From Alphaproteobacteria bacterium (GTDB lineage: Bacteria; Pseudomonadota; Alphaproteobacteria; SHVV01): a stretch of DNA of 64,000 nt. The stretch is from positions 3,936,001 to 4,000,000 of the forward strand of contig OZ253470.1 in assembly GCA_965261735.1 (NCBI GenBank), read 5' to 3'. The first letter of the stretch is position 1, and each line of letters opens with the position of its first letter. The notes under the pieces are model-generated. The model saw nothing but the letters and a program-made list of their open reading frames with translations, searched no databases and was not told where the DNA came from. Both the position numbers and the translations under genes were made by a program. Positions 12,086 to 24,283 of this stretch are shown one piece after another.

Positions 12086-12502
12086 ATGGCGGAGCCGGAC
12101 CAGCAGGCTGCGGGCGGTCGAAGGCTCGCCAAGTCGCCGGGCGCGTTTCGAACCATCAGCGAGGTCGCCGGCGAGCTCGACGTGCCGCAGCACGTGCTGC
12201 GCTTCTGGGAGAGCAAGTTCAGTCAGGTAAAGCCCCTCAAGCGCGGCGGCGGCCGGCGCTACTACCGGCCCGAGGACGTCGACCTGCTGCGCCGCATCCG
12301 CTCACTGCTCTACGAGGATGGCTACACCATCAAAGGCGTGCAGAAGGTACTGCGCGACAACCACCGCAACAACGCGCGTCCGGTCAAGGAACCGGCCGCC
12401 ACGCCGCCGCCCGGCCCTCTCGCCAGCGTAGAGCGGGCGCGCATCCACGCCGCGATCAAGGAGCTGACGCACCTACGCGACCTCTTGAGCCGCAAGCGAT
12501 GA
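12086..12502 (+). CDS. MerR-family transcriptional regulator
   Basis: [13 protein letters not shown]...HVLRFWE...[14 protein letters not shown]. Confidence 0.93.
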   Translation: MAEPDQQAAGGRRLAKSPGAFRTISEVAGELDVPQHVLRFWESKFSQVKPLKRGGGRRYYRPEDVDLLRRIRSLLYEDGYTIKGVQKVLRDNHRNNARPVKEPAATPPPGPLASVERARIHAAIKELTHLRDLLSRKR

Positions 12503-12574
12503 CGTTGTCGGTCCTCGCGACACGTCCTAGTATGACGCCGGGGCGTCCGGGGCCTAGCCCGGCGTCTCCTCTTT

Positions 12575-12652
12575 CGGAGCGTGGCGCAGCCTGGTTAGCG
12601 CACCACACTGGGGGTGTGGGGGTCGGTGGTTCAAATCCACTCGCTCCGACCA
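12575..12652 (+). tRNA. tRNA-Pro(GGG)
   Basis: CGGAGCG acceptor strand pairing with CGCTCCG, anticodon stem CCACA/TGTGG around CTGGGGG, GGTTCAAATCC T-arm, CCA end. Confidence 0.96.
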
Positions 12653-12666
12653 ATTCGATCTTGGCT

Positions 12667-12700
12667 CGAGGGGGGTTGCCCGAAAACGGCGCCCCCCTCG
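12667..12700 (+). terminator. GC hairpin after tRNA-Pro
   Basis: CGAGGGGGG...CCCCCCTCG inverted repeat; weak T tail. Confidence 0.4.
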
Positions 12701-12759
12701 GTGTTCGCGTCGGCGCGGCGCGGCGCGGCGCATCGGCAGCTATAAAGTGGGGTAGGCAG

Positions 12760-12987
12760 ATGGATAAGGTGATCGCCGTCATCGACTTGAACTCGCTCGA
12801 GGAGCTACAGGTCGGGCTCTCGGACACCCGCGGTCGAAGTCAGTGCCATGTTCGTGTTTTTGCCAAGACGGCAGGCGGGCGCGCTGAGGCGACCAAGACC
12901 GCCCTGAGCTTCAGCCCCCGCGTGCTCCCCGAGGTCGTGAGCGCGCTCCAGAAATGCGTGCGCAGCCTGAACCGTCGCTCGTCGTAA
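12760..12987 (+). CDS. PC4/YdbC-like small ssDNA-binding protein
   Basis: I..NSLEELQV.LS..RG....HVRVF.......TK..LSF pattern resembles the PC4 fold. Confidence 0.6.
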   Translation: MDKVIAVIDLNSLEELQVGLSDTRGRSQCHVRVFAKTAGGRAEATKTALSFSPRVLPEVVSALQKCVRSLNRRSS

Positions 12988-13019
12988 ACGCTGCGCCGGC
13001 GCGGCGACCGAGCCGCGCG

Positions 13020-13787
13020 TCAGTCGTGAATGTAGCTGTGGGCTTCGCGGGTGCCGTGGTTCTCGTGCCAGTTCGCGGCGTCCAGCACCTGTCCGGTCTT
13101 GTCCGACTCGGCAAGCAGGTGGAGGAGCGGTGCAACGTTCAGGTCGGGCTTCCAGGCGCGCATGCCCTTGAGGATCGAGCGGTCGATGCCCTCGAAGAAA
13201 TGCGTGTCGGCGATATTGGGTCGGATCGTGTTTACGCGAACGTTGTGGGGCGCGAGGTGGACAGAGAGGCCGTACGAGAGGCCCTCGGCCGCATATTTCG
13301 TCGGCACGTAGATGAGCGCCGAGTATCGCCTGATACCGGGACGGCAGACGCCCGAAGAGATGTGAACGATGTGGCCCGAGCGGCGCTCGATCATCCCGGG
13401 GAGCACGGCGCGATTGCACAGGAAGCAGCTCCTGACATTGACCGCGAACAGATCCTCCCAGGCCTCGAGCGATATGTCGGGCAGTTGCGCGATGGGCCAC
13501 GCGTAGCCCGCATTATTGACCAGCACGTCGACCTTGCCGAAGCGCTCGATCGCCGCGTTCACCATGGCCTCGACCTCGGCCTCCACCGAGACGTCGGTGC
13601 CAAGCGCGAGCGCGTTGCCTCCGGCGGCGGAAATATCGGTGCTCACGCGTTCCGCTTCGTCCACGTCGCGGTCGGCGACGATCACGTCGGCGCCCTCGGC
13701 GGCAACCGCGAGGGCCATGTTCTCGCCGAAGCCGCGGCCACCGCCGGTCATGATGACGGTCTGCCCCGCCAGGCGCTGTGCCATCAC
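13020..13787 (-). CDS. SDR-family oxidoreductase
   Basis: TGGGRGFG, VNNAG, YxxxK (YVPTK). Confidence 0.92.
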   Translation of the reverse strand: MMAQRLAGQTVIMTGGGRGFGENMALAVAAEGADVIVADRDVDEAERVSTDISAAGGNALALGTDVSVEAEVEAMVNAAIERFGKVDVLVNNAGYAWPIAQLPDISLEAWEDLFAVNVRSCFLCNRAVLPGMIERRSGHIVHISSGVCRPGIRRYSALIYVPTKYAAEGLSYGLSVHLAPHNVRVNTIRPNIADTHFFEGIDRSILKGMRAWKPDLNVAPLLHLLAESDKTGQVLDAANWHENHGTREAHSYIHD

Positions 13788-13885
13788 TCACCCCCTGCTA
13801 CGTCGGTGCGCCAATTGCGCCTCGAGTGGCGACGCTATGCGCCCGGGCCGCGATTTTCAAGCCGGCCCCGCGAGGCGCATCCGAG

Positions 13886-16243
<2,358 letters not shown>

Positions 16244-16369
16244 CCCTGCCTCCCCGGTGCCACCCTCACGCCGACCTCGATGATAGCACAGCGTCCCCCG
16301 TTGCCCGCGCCGCCGCCCGCGTGCTAATCGGGCGTCTCACGCCACTCTACGAACCGCGAGGAGGAACCC

Positions 16370-16780
16370 ATGCGAGGCATCCGCCAGGAGATTCGCGTCC
16401 CCGGGCTCTACGAGCCCTTGAGCCACTACACCGACGCCGTGCGCTGCGGCGATTTTCTGTTCCTGTCCGGCAAGCCGCCCTTCGACGGCGAGGGCAATGT
16501 GGTCGGCGGGGACGACGTCGCCGCCCAGTGCCGCCAGGTGCTCGAGAACATGAAGAGGGTACTCGAGGCCGCCGGCATGTCCTTCGCCGACGTCGCCACG
16601 GTCACCGTCTTTCTGCTCGACGTCAATGACCGCCCCAAGATCAACCCGGTACGCCAGGAGTTCTTCGGACCGCACAAGCCCGCGAGCACACTCTTCGGGG
16701 TCAACCAGCTGGCCGTCCCGGGCATGCTGATCGAGATCCAGTCCGTGGCCTACAAGCCGGGCAGCGCCGACAACGTGTAG
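16370..16780 (+). CDS. RidA/YjgF family protein
   Basis: FLFLSG, PASTL.GV..L...LIEI motifs. Confidence 0.88.
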   Translation: MRGIRQEIRVPGLYEPLSHYTDAVRCGDFLFLSGKPPFDGEGNVVGGDDVAAQCRQVLENMKRVLEAAGMSFADVATVTVFLLDVNDRPKINPVRQEFFGPHKPASTLFGVNQLAVPGMLIEIQSVAYKPGSADNV

Positions 16781-16871
16781 CGGCCGGGTCGCGGTTTCCT
16801 ACCATGGCCGAATGCTGTAAGAACGGCCCCGAAACGCCCGCGCCAATGCCTGCCGAAAAAAGGGGAGAACC

Positions 16872-17699
16872 ATGAAGATCAGTTTCGCCGACATCGACGG
16901 CGTCAAGACCCGCTTCTACCATGAAGGGAGTGGACCGGCGCTCCTGCTGATCCATGGGCTCGGCGGCACCGGCGACATGTGGATCCGCAATATCGACGTC
17001 CTGGCCGAGAGCCACACTGTCTACGCCCCCGATCTGTTGGGCCATGGCTACACCGACGCGGTCGACTTCAAGGGCGAGCCGCCTCAGGCCTGCAAGGTCC
17101 GCCACCTCGGCAAGCTGCTCGACCATGTCGGCGCCGAAAGATTCAGCGTCGGCGGTTCCTCCTACGGTGCTCTGCTCTCGGCGCTCGTCTATTTCGACCG
17201 GCCCGACCAAGTCGACAAGCTCATCCTGATCGGCAGCGGCTCGACCTTCCACACGGCCGAGGAGACCAAGAAGACGATCCAGGCGGCGGCCGCCAATGCG
17301 GCGACGGCGATGGTCGACCCGACACTCGAGTCCGTACGCAACCGCCTATGCAACATCCTCCACGATCCGGCGAGCGTACCCGAGGAGCTGGTGCACGCGC
17401 AGCTCACCTCCTACGCCTATCCCGACCGCATCGACGCCTACAAGCGCACCGCCGACGGCCTCCTGGCAACCGCCGATTCGGAGGAGTTCCGGGTCTACTC
17501 GCGCCTCGAGGAGATCGCGGTGCCGACGCTGGTCATCACCGGGCGCGAGGACATCCGCGCCTCGTGGGAGCGCGCGCAGGAAGGCTCCAAGCGGATCCCG
17601 AACTGCGATTTCCACATCTTCGAGAAGTGCGGCCACCTGCCGATGTCGGAGCACCCGGACAAGTTCAACGACCTCACACTCAAGTTCCTCGCCGGGTAA
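16872..17699 (+). CDS. Alpha/beta hydrolase
   Basis: LIHG, DLLGHG, GSSYG nucleophile elbow, CGHLP. Confidence 0.9.
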   Translation: MKISFADIDGVKTRFYHEGSGPALLLIHGLGGTGDMWIRNIDVLAESHTVYAPDLLGHGYTDAVDFKGEPPQACKVRHLGKLLDHVGAERFSVGGSSYGALLSALVYFDRPDQVDKLILIGSGSTFHTAEETKKTIQAAAANAATAMVDPTLESVRNRLCNILHDPASVPEELVHAQLTSYAYPDRIDAYKRTADGLLATADSEEFRVYSRLEEIAVPTLVITGREDIRASWERAQEGSKRIPNCDFHIFEKCGHLPMSEHPDKFNDLTLKFLAG

Positions 17700-17743
17700 G
17701 GGCGGGCCGGCCCGCGCCGGCCCGCCCCGGGGCCGGCCGGAGA

Positions 17744-18238
17744 CTAAACCTCGACGCCAGCCGACGGGGTCGGATCGTGCGCGGTGGTTCCCATCAGCGC
17801 GAGCTGGCTGCGAAGGATGGCGAACGCGCGTTCGGCGGCCAGCACCTGGGCTTCGATGCGCGCCCGCGCCGCGCGGTCGATGCGGCCATCGTTCATATCC
17901 CTCTCGACCTCGCGCAACACCCCCACACTCTGCGCCACCGCGTCGATGGCGTCACGCATGAGTCCTGCATTGCGCCTGGCGTTGAGCACCTTGGGGCGTG
18001 GCACGGCCATGAAGGATGTGTTGGCGAGCAGACAATCCGCGAGACGCAGATCGTCGAGCTCCCGAATGAGCGCATTCACCTCGGCTGGCCTGAAGGGGAT
18101 GCGCCCGATGATGCGCGCATGAAGGGTGGCGTATTTCATGCCGAGCGCCCGCGCCACATCGGCGACCGGTTTCATCTTCTCGACGACGAGAAGGCGGTGA
18201 GTGACGCCGGCGAATCCCTCTCTGCGCTTGGCCACCAT
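17744..18238 (-). CDS. Phage CII-like regulatory protein
   Basis: N-terminal HTH (VADVARALGMKYATL) and C-terminal helical DGRID motif. Confidence 0.6.
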   Translation of the reverse strand: MVAKRREGFAGVTHRLLVVEKMKPVADVARALGMKYATLHARIIGRIPFRPAEVNALIRELDDLRLADCLLANTSFMAVPRPKVLNARRNAGLMRDAIDAVAQSVGVLREVERDMNDGRIDRAARARIEAQVLAAERAFAILRSQLALMGTTAHDPTPSAGVEV

Positions 18239-18300
18239 CCGCGTGCTCCCGGTGCCGTGCCCGTAGTCACTCAAAGTATAGGGGCACACCCGGGGCGAAA

Positions 18301-18510
18301 TTGATTTGGATCAGGCCACCAGATCGCCGCGTTTCGGCTAGTCGCGTTCCGTTCGCAAGATCACCCACGTTTGGCGGCGGCGGTCTCAACTACGCGTTGA
18401 CGACCGAGGAAGGACAACTCGTTTCTGGGCCCGAGCCCGCCACCCTCGCGCTGTTCGGTTTCGGCCTCGCCGGGCTGAGCATTGCCCTGCGGCAGCGCCG
18501 GCGGACCTAG
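18301..18510 (+). pseudogene. PEP-CTERM sorting-signal remnant
   Basis: PEPATLALFGFGLAGLSIALRQRRR (PEP, TM helix, Arg cluster) with no signal peptide or body. Confidence 0.6.
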
Positions 18511-18523
18511 TCGGCCGGCCGGT

Positions 18524-19840
18524 CTAACGCTCGCGGAGCGCGTTCTCGCGGGCGCGCAGGACGGGCTTCAGGAGGTAGTCGAGCACGCTCTTCTTGCCGG
18601 TCAGAATATCGACCTGCGCGACCATGCTGGGGATGATCGGCAAGGGCTTTTCCGCGCTGCCGAGATGGTTCTCGGCCGTGCGCACGCGGATCTGGTAGAA
18701 GCTCTCGCCCTGCTCGTCGACGATGGTGTCGGCGCTGATGTGTTCGAGCTTGGCCGGCAGCGCGCCGTAGGATGCGAAATCGTAGGCGGTGATCTTGACC
18801 TTGGCGTCCTGGCCCGGCCTGAGAAAGGCGATGTCGGCCGGACGGATGTGTGCCTCGACCAGCAGGTTGTCCTCGAGCGGTACGATCTCGATGAGATCCA
18901 TGCCGGGCTTGATCACGCCTCCTATGGTGTTGATCTTGAGCTGCTTGACCGTGCCGTAGACCGGCGAACGCACGTCGGTGCGGGTGACGCGGTCCTCGAC
19001 CGCGGTAATCGCCTCGGCCAGCACCTTCAGCCGCAGCTCGGATTCGCCGAGCTCGGCCTGGGCCGCGCTCCGAAAGGTCGCGCGCTCCTCCTCGATACGC
19101 CGGGCGACCTCGGCCAGCGCCGAGCGCGAGCGCGGCATCGCCAGCCGCGACGCCTCCGCTTCGCCCACGAGGCCGCTAATTTGCCGCTGCAGCCGTAGCA
19201 GCTCGATCTTGGCGGTCACCCCCTTCTCGACCATCGGGGTCAGGATGGCGAGTTCCTCGCGAGCGAGCCCGATGCTGTCCTCGAGCTGATTAACGCGGCT
19301 CTCGAGCTCGACGAACTCCTGGCGCCGCTGATCCGCCTGGCGCGCGAACACCGCCACGGCCGAGTCGAGCTCGGCCAGGCGGGCCCGATAGAGCGCCGAT
19401 TCACGGGCAATGAGATCGTCGTGACCGTCGAGCTCCGGCGGGTATTTGGGCTTGCGGCCACGGGCCTCGGCGTAGAGGCGGGCGATCTTGGCGACCTGCG
19501 CGAGATAACGCGCCCGGTTCTCGCGGTAGGCCGACGCGGCGCCGGTGTCGTCGATGCGGAGCAGGAGCTGGCCTTCCTCGACGACCTCGCCCTCACGGAC
19601 GAGGATGCCCGAAAGGATGCCGCCCTCGAGGTTCTGGACTACCTGCACCTGGCTCGACGGAATGACCCGACCCTGGCCCGAGGTTACCTCGTCGAGGGTG
19701 GCCCACGCCGCCCACCCCACGGCGGCGGCGAAGAACAGCGCGATGGCGTAGAGCAGCAGATTGGCCGACAGGCGCGGGCCCCGCATCGCCTGCGCCTTGA
19801 GATCGGCGGCGTATTCGGTGTCCTTGCGGCGCGTGAACAC
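18524..19840 (-). CDS. HlyD-family type I secretion periplasmic adaptor (LapC-like)
   Basis: GRVIPSSQVQVVQNLEGG, DIAFLRPGQ, KSVLDYLLKP. Confidence 0.93.
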   Translation of the reverse strand: MFTRRKDTEYAADLKAQAMRGPRLSANLLLYAIALFFAAAVGWAAWATLDEVTSGQGRVIPSSQVQVVQNLEGGILSGILVREGEVVEEGQLLLRIDDTGAASAYRENRARYLAQVAKIARLYAEARGRKPKYPPELDGHDDLIARESALYRARLAELDSAVAVFARQADQRRQEFVELESRVNQLEDSIGLAREELAILTPMVEKGVTAKIELLRLQRQISGLVGEAEASRLAMPRSRSALAEVARRIEEERATFRSAAQAELGESELRLKVLAEAITAVEDRVTRTDVRSPVYGTVKQLKINTIGGVIKPGMDLIEIVPLEDNLLVEAHIRPADIAFLRPGQDAKVKITAYDFASYGALPAKLEHISADTIVDEQGESFYQIRVRTAENHLGSAEKPLPIIPSMVAQVDILTGKKSVLDYLLKPVLRARENALRER

Positions 19841-19850
19841 GAACGCCGCC

Positions 19851-21423
19851 TCAGTGCCGTAGCATGGCGACGCGGCCCTCGGAGATCGCCTCGAGCACGG
19901 CCTGCTTGGGCCCGTCGGCGACGACGGCGCCGCGGTCGAGCACGATCAGGCGGTCGACGATCGACAGGAGCGATGTCCGGTGTGTGACCAGGAGGAGCGT
20001 CTTGCCGGGCAGGATCTGAGCGAGGCTTTCCTTGAGCAGCACCTCCGAGGCGTTGTCCATCGACCCCGTCGGTTCGTCGAGGACGATGATGGGTGGGTCG
20101 TGGATGAGGGCTCGCGCGACCGCGATGGCTTGGCGCTGGCCGCCCGAGAGCCCCTCGCCGCGCTCGCCCACGGGCAGATCGTAGCCGAGAGGATGGCGGC
20201 CGACGAACTCCTCGACGCCGGCCAGGCGCGCCGCCGCGAGAACCGCTTCGTCGCCGGCGTGGGGCGCCCCGATGGTGATGTTCTCGCGCACGCTGCCGCC
20301 GAAGAGGAAAACGTCCTGCGGAACGCAGCCGATGTTGCGGCGCAGGTCCACCGGATCGATCTGGCGCAGTTCGGTGCCATCGACCAGGATCGAGCCGCTC
20401 TCGGGTTCGTAGAGCCCGAGCAACAGCTTGTTGAGCGTGCTCTTGCCCGAGCCCACACGGCCGATGAGGCCGACGCGCTCGCCCGCGGCGACGCTGAACG
20501 AGACGCCGCGTAGCGCGGCCTCGGGTTGTCCCGCGTAAGTGAACGAGACGTTGCGGAACTCGATCGCGCCGGCAATGCGCGGCCGATGCAGGAACTGCTT
20601 GGCCGCGGGCCTTTCGACTGGACGCTTCATGAGGTCGTGCAACGCCTTGAGCGAGGTCCGCGCCTGGTTGACGCGGATCAGTAGTTGGGCGACCTGCGCC
20701 AACATGCCGACCGCGCGTCCGTTGAGAATGACGCAGGCAATGAGCGCCCCGACGGACAGGGCGCCATCGCCGATGAGCAGCACGCCGAAGAAGACGATGG
20801 CGATGAGCGAGAGTTGTTGCGCGGCGGCGGCGAAGTTGAGCGCGGTGACGGACAGCAGGCGTGCCCGCAGGCTCGACTTCGCGGCCAGGCCGACGTTGGT
20901 CTCCCATTTGTAGCGCATGCGCCCCTCGGCGCCGACGCTCTTGATGGTTTCGAGGCCGCCGAGCGTCTCGAACAGCACTCCGTGTTTGGCCTCGTTCTCG
21001 CGAAAGGCGCTGCGGATCACCGAGTTGAGCGGAATCTGGGTCATCACGCCGACCATCAGGACGGCCGGCACGGTGGCTGCCGGCACGAGCGCGAGCGGTC
21101 CGCCGATCAGCCAGATCACGCCGATGAAGAAGAACAGGAACGGCAGGTCGACGAGGGTGGCCAGCGTCGCCGAGGTGAACACGTCGCGCACGGTCTCGAA
21201 CTCGCGCAGCGTGTTGGCGAAAGCGCCGGCCGAGGCGGGGCGCGCGGCCATTTGGATATCGAGCACCTGGTCGAAGATGCGGCTCGCCAGCACGACGTCG
21301 GCGCGCTTGCCTGCGACGTCGATGTAGTAGCCGCGCAGCGAGCGGACCGCGAAGTCGAAGCTCACGACGATGGCCGCGCCGATCGCCAGCACCCACAGGG
21401 TATCGAGCGCGTTGTTGGGGACC
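19851..21423 (-). pseudogene. Type I secretion permease/ATPase (LapB-like), N-terminally truncated
   Basis: VPNNA..TLWVL, GRVGSGKS, LSGGQRQ, LDEPT; the sequence upstream of VPNN is replaced by an inverted tolC fragment. Confidence 0.85.
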
Positions 21424-21605
21424 AGCGTACGCTGCTCGATGTCCTCAACGTCGAGAACGAGCTGTTCGGGGCACGGGCCGCCGAGTGGGACGGCCGCGTC
21501 GCGTTGCTGGATGCGCATTTCCAGGTCCTGACCGCCATCGGCCGGCTGCTGAAAACGCTCGACACCTCGCTCGGCGGCGAGGCGCCGGCGCAAGCCTCAC
21601 CCTAG
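21424..21605 (+). pseudogene. 3' fragment of a TolC/LapE-type outer membrane protein gene
   Basis: QRTLLDVLNVENELF...VLTAIGRLL matches the TolC C-terminal pattern; its TAG stop coincides with the IS630 end. Confidence 0.7.
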
Positions 21606-22765
21606 TGGATTGATTCCAACGTTTGGAACCCTCTGTTTCGTGCGACGATGATATGATCGGGGTCGGCTTTCCAGATGAAGGGTTTTGGGTTTGCGTCATT
21701 GTATTCGCGGACAAATCGGTTGATGGCGGCCTGAAGGTCGACGACGGATTGGAAGACGCCGTATTTGAGCCTGCGCCGCGTTAGTTTGGCGAAGAAGCCC
21801 TCGACGGCATTGAGCCACGAGCACGAGGTTGGCGTGAAGTGGAAGGTCCAGCGTGGATGGCGGGCGAGCCAGGCGCGGACCTTGTCCTTCTTGTGCGCGG
21901 CGTAGTTGTCGAGGATGACGTGGACGGCCTTGTCCGTCGGCACCTCGCGCTCGATGCGGTTGAGGAAGCGGATGAACTCCTGATGGCGGTGGCGCTGCAT
22001 GTTCTGTGCGATGACCGTACCGTCCAGCACGTTGAGCGCGGCGAACAGCGTCGTCGTGCCATGCCGTTTGTAATCATAGGTCATCGTACCGGCGCGGCCC
22101 TTCTTCATCGGCAAGCCGGGTTGGGTGCGGTCGAGCGCCTGGATCTGTGATTTCTCATCAACCGACAGCACCACGGCATGGGCCGGCGGATCGACATACA
22201 AGCCGACGATATCTGTGAGCTTCTCGGCGAAGGCGGGATCATTGGAGAGCTTGAAGTGCCGCCAGCGGTGCGGGCTGAGGCCATGGGCCTTCCAGATCGC
22301 TTGGACCGTCGACGCCGCGACGCCAGCAACCTTCGCCATCGCGCGCAGCGTCCAGTGGGTCGCCTCGTGCGGCGGCGCTTGCTGGGTCAGGCGGACGATC
22401 TCGGCGACGCGCTCCGGCGGGATCGGCGCTTTGCCAGGCGGACGGGACCTGTCGCGAAGCAAGCCGTTGACACCCTCGTGCATGAACCGCTCCTGCCAGC
22501 GCCAGACACAGGTCTTGGACTTGCCGGTCTCGGCCATGATCGACGAGTTCCCGAGCCCCTCGTCGCTCTTCAGGATGATCCGCGCCCGCCAGACATGTTT
22601 CTGCGAGCTCTTCGGGTCCGCGACGATAGCTTGCAATCGCTGACGGTCGCCAGACGTGACAGTAAAATGGATGCCGGTGCGGGTTGTGTCTCGAAAGTGG
22701 TGGAAATTGGTTTTGGCGCCTCTCCGAGCGGGTTGAGTTTTGCGGCGGTCAGGCTGCGCGGTCAA
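21602..22765 (-). CDS. IS630 transposase separated from its native ATG (24085-24087) by IS256
   Basis: Matches the intact copy at 63247 from RTGIHF onward; the N-terminal extension is read from the IS256 end. Confidence 0.8.
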   Translation of the reverse strand: MTAQPDRRKTQPARRGAKTNFHHFRDTTRTGIHFTVTSGDRQRLQAIVADPKSSQKHVWRARIILKSDEGLGNSSIMAETGKSKTCVWRWQERFMHEGVNGLLRDRSRPPGKAPIPPERVAEIVRLTQQAPPHEATHWTLRAMAKVAGVAASTVQAIWKAHGLSPHRWRHFKLSNDPAFAEKLTDIVGLYVDPPAHAVVLSVDEKSQIQALDRTQPGLPMKKGRAGTMTYDYKRHGTTTLFAALNVLDGTVIAQNMQRHRHQEFIRFLNRIEREVPTDKAVHVILDNYAAHKKDKVRAWLARHPRWTFHFTPTSCSWLNAVEGFFAKLTRRRLKYGVFQSVVDLQAAINRFVREYNDANPKPFIWKADPDHIIVARNRGFQTLESIH

Positions 22766-24075
22766 GGGTTTCGTCGGCGATTAGCTGATCGAGGGTTTCC
22801 CATCCATCGACTTTGCGCATCTGGATTTGGCCGGAAGCGAGGAGTGCCCAGAGGAGCATCGGCACTGTTTCGGGACACGGCAGCACGGTCTGTGTTTTGA
22901 TCCGGCGCTTGAACTCCTCGTTGAGACGCTCAATGGCGTTGGTCGTTCGGGCTGATTTCCATTGGCTCTTGGACAGGCGCGTGAAGGTAAAGAGCTTGTC
23001 GCCCGCTTCTGCGAGGCTGTCCGCGACGGCCCTGCATTTCAGCCGCCACTTGCGGACAAACGCCTTGCGGCGGGTTTCCACCTCGGAGGCAGTGTCGGCA
23101 TAGATCATATCGCGGTAATCTTCGCTCAGCTCGTCATGCATGTGTTTGGGAGCATGACCCAGAAGGTTGCGGTGCTTGTGCACGGTGCAGCGTTGAACGG
23201 GAAGGTCATCGCCCCAAAGCGCCGACAGAGCCGCCTCCAGTCCCGGCGCGCCATCGACGATGACAAACCCGGGCCGTTTCAGTCCACGCGCATCAAGGTC
23301 GTCGAGGAACTGGCGCCACGCCGCCTGGCTTTCTCCGCCCATATTCCCGATCGAAAGCAAGACCTTCTGGCCATCCCGGCGCACCCCTATAGCCGCGAGA
23401 ACCGAGATGTTGGTGGCCTTGCGGTCCAGTCGGGTCTTGATCACAGTGCCGTCAAGGATCAGCCGAACGATATCCTCATCCGCGAGGCCACGGCTGCACC
23501 AGGCGTCCCAATCGACCTTCACCTTGCGCCACGCCCGGCTCACAACGTCCTTGCTCACAGCACCCCGGAAGAGCCCGAACAGCGCGCGTTTCACCCGCCG
23601 CGTGTTGGTTCCGGACAGATACACCGAAGCGATCAGCGCCTCGGCCTTTCTGGTCAGCCGCTGGTAGCGCGGCAGCGCCCGCGAACGCCATTCCGACGCC
23701 CGACCGTCTTCCTCAACGATCCGCGCACGCGGCACGCTCACCCTCTCGGTCCCGAATGTCCCCGTCAGTTGCCGCTCCCGGTGCCCGTTCCGATACCCTT
23801 GCCGAAGCGCGTCCTCTCGACCGTATCGGCAGCGCCCGAGAAACTGCGCAAGTTCCTCCTCAAAAACGGCCTCGATCGTGGATCTGATGTTCTCCCGCAG
23901 CCGGTCCTCGAGCGGATCATAGCCGGCGTCATTGGCCAGTAGCGAAAGCGCGGAAGTCTCGGTAGTGTTCTTCATGGCGTGATCTCCTTGGCGGTGCTAG
24001 CCGCCGATTGGGTGGTTGTCTTGTCACCCGGAGATTACGCCATCCTCAAATTTCCACCACTTTCGAGACACAGCC
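22682..24075 (-). mobile_element. IS256-family insertion sequence
   Basis: TIR GGYTGTGTCTCGAAAGTGGTGGAAATT at both ends; 9-bp target duplication GCCGGTGCG at 22673-22681 and 24076-24084. Confidence 0.93.
22749..23975 (-). CDS. IS256-family (mutator-type) transposase
   Basis: YRNG, LDG, VDGAPGL, QRCTVH, RTTNAIERLNEE.KRR. Confidence 0.95.
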   Translation of the reverse strand: MKNTTETSALSLLANDAGYDPLEDRLRENIRSTIEAVFEEELAQFLGRCRYGREDALRQGYRNGHRERQLTGTFGTERVSVPRARIVEEDGRASEWRSRALPRYQRLTRKAEALIASVYLSGTNTRRVKRALFGLFRGAVSKDVVSRAWRKVKVDWDAWCSRGLADEDIVRLILDGTVIKTRLDRKATNISVLAAIGVRRDGQKVLLSIGNMGGESQAAWRQFLDDLDARGLKRPGFVIVDGAPGLEAALSALWGDDLPVQRCTVHKHRNLLGHAPKHMHDELSEDYRDMIYADTASEVETRRKAFVRKWRLKCRAVADSLAEAGDKLFTFTRLSKSQWKSARTTNAIERLNEEFKRRIKTQTVLPCPETVPMLLWALLASGQIQMRKVDGWETLDQLIADETLDRAA

Positions 24076-24283
24076 GCCGGTGCGCATAGCACAGACTCGC
24101 ATGACACCGCACAATACGGAATCTCAAATCGGACTCTTTCGTTCCGATCAATCCACTAGCGACCTACTCCAGCCATCGTTGAACGCCGCGCGGGGCGCGG
24201 GGCACTCGCGCGCCGTGGGGTGGCGGCGTTATGCTAAAATAGTGGGCGGCGCGAGGCGGCGCGGCGCCATGCCGGGTAGACCG

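Larger units (their letters stand above)
21603..24158 (-). mobile_element. IS630-family element interrupted by a nested IS256
   Basis: Ends CTAGTGGATTGAT / ATCAATCCACTAG; transposase motifs VDEKSQIQAL, LDNY..HK, SWLNAVE. Confidence 0.92.
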
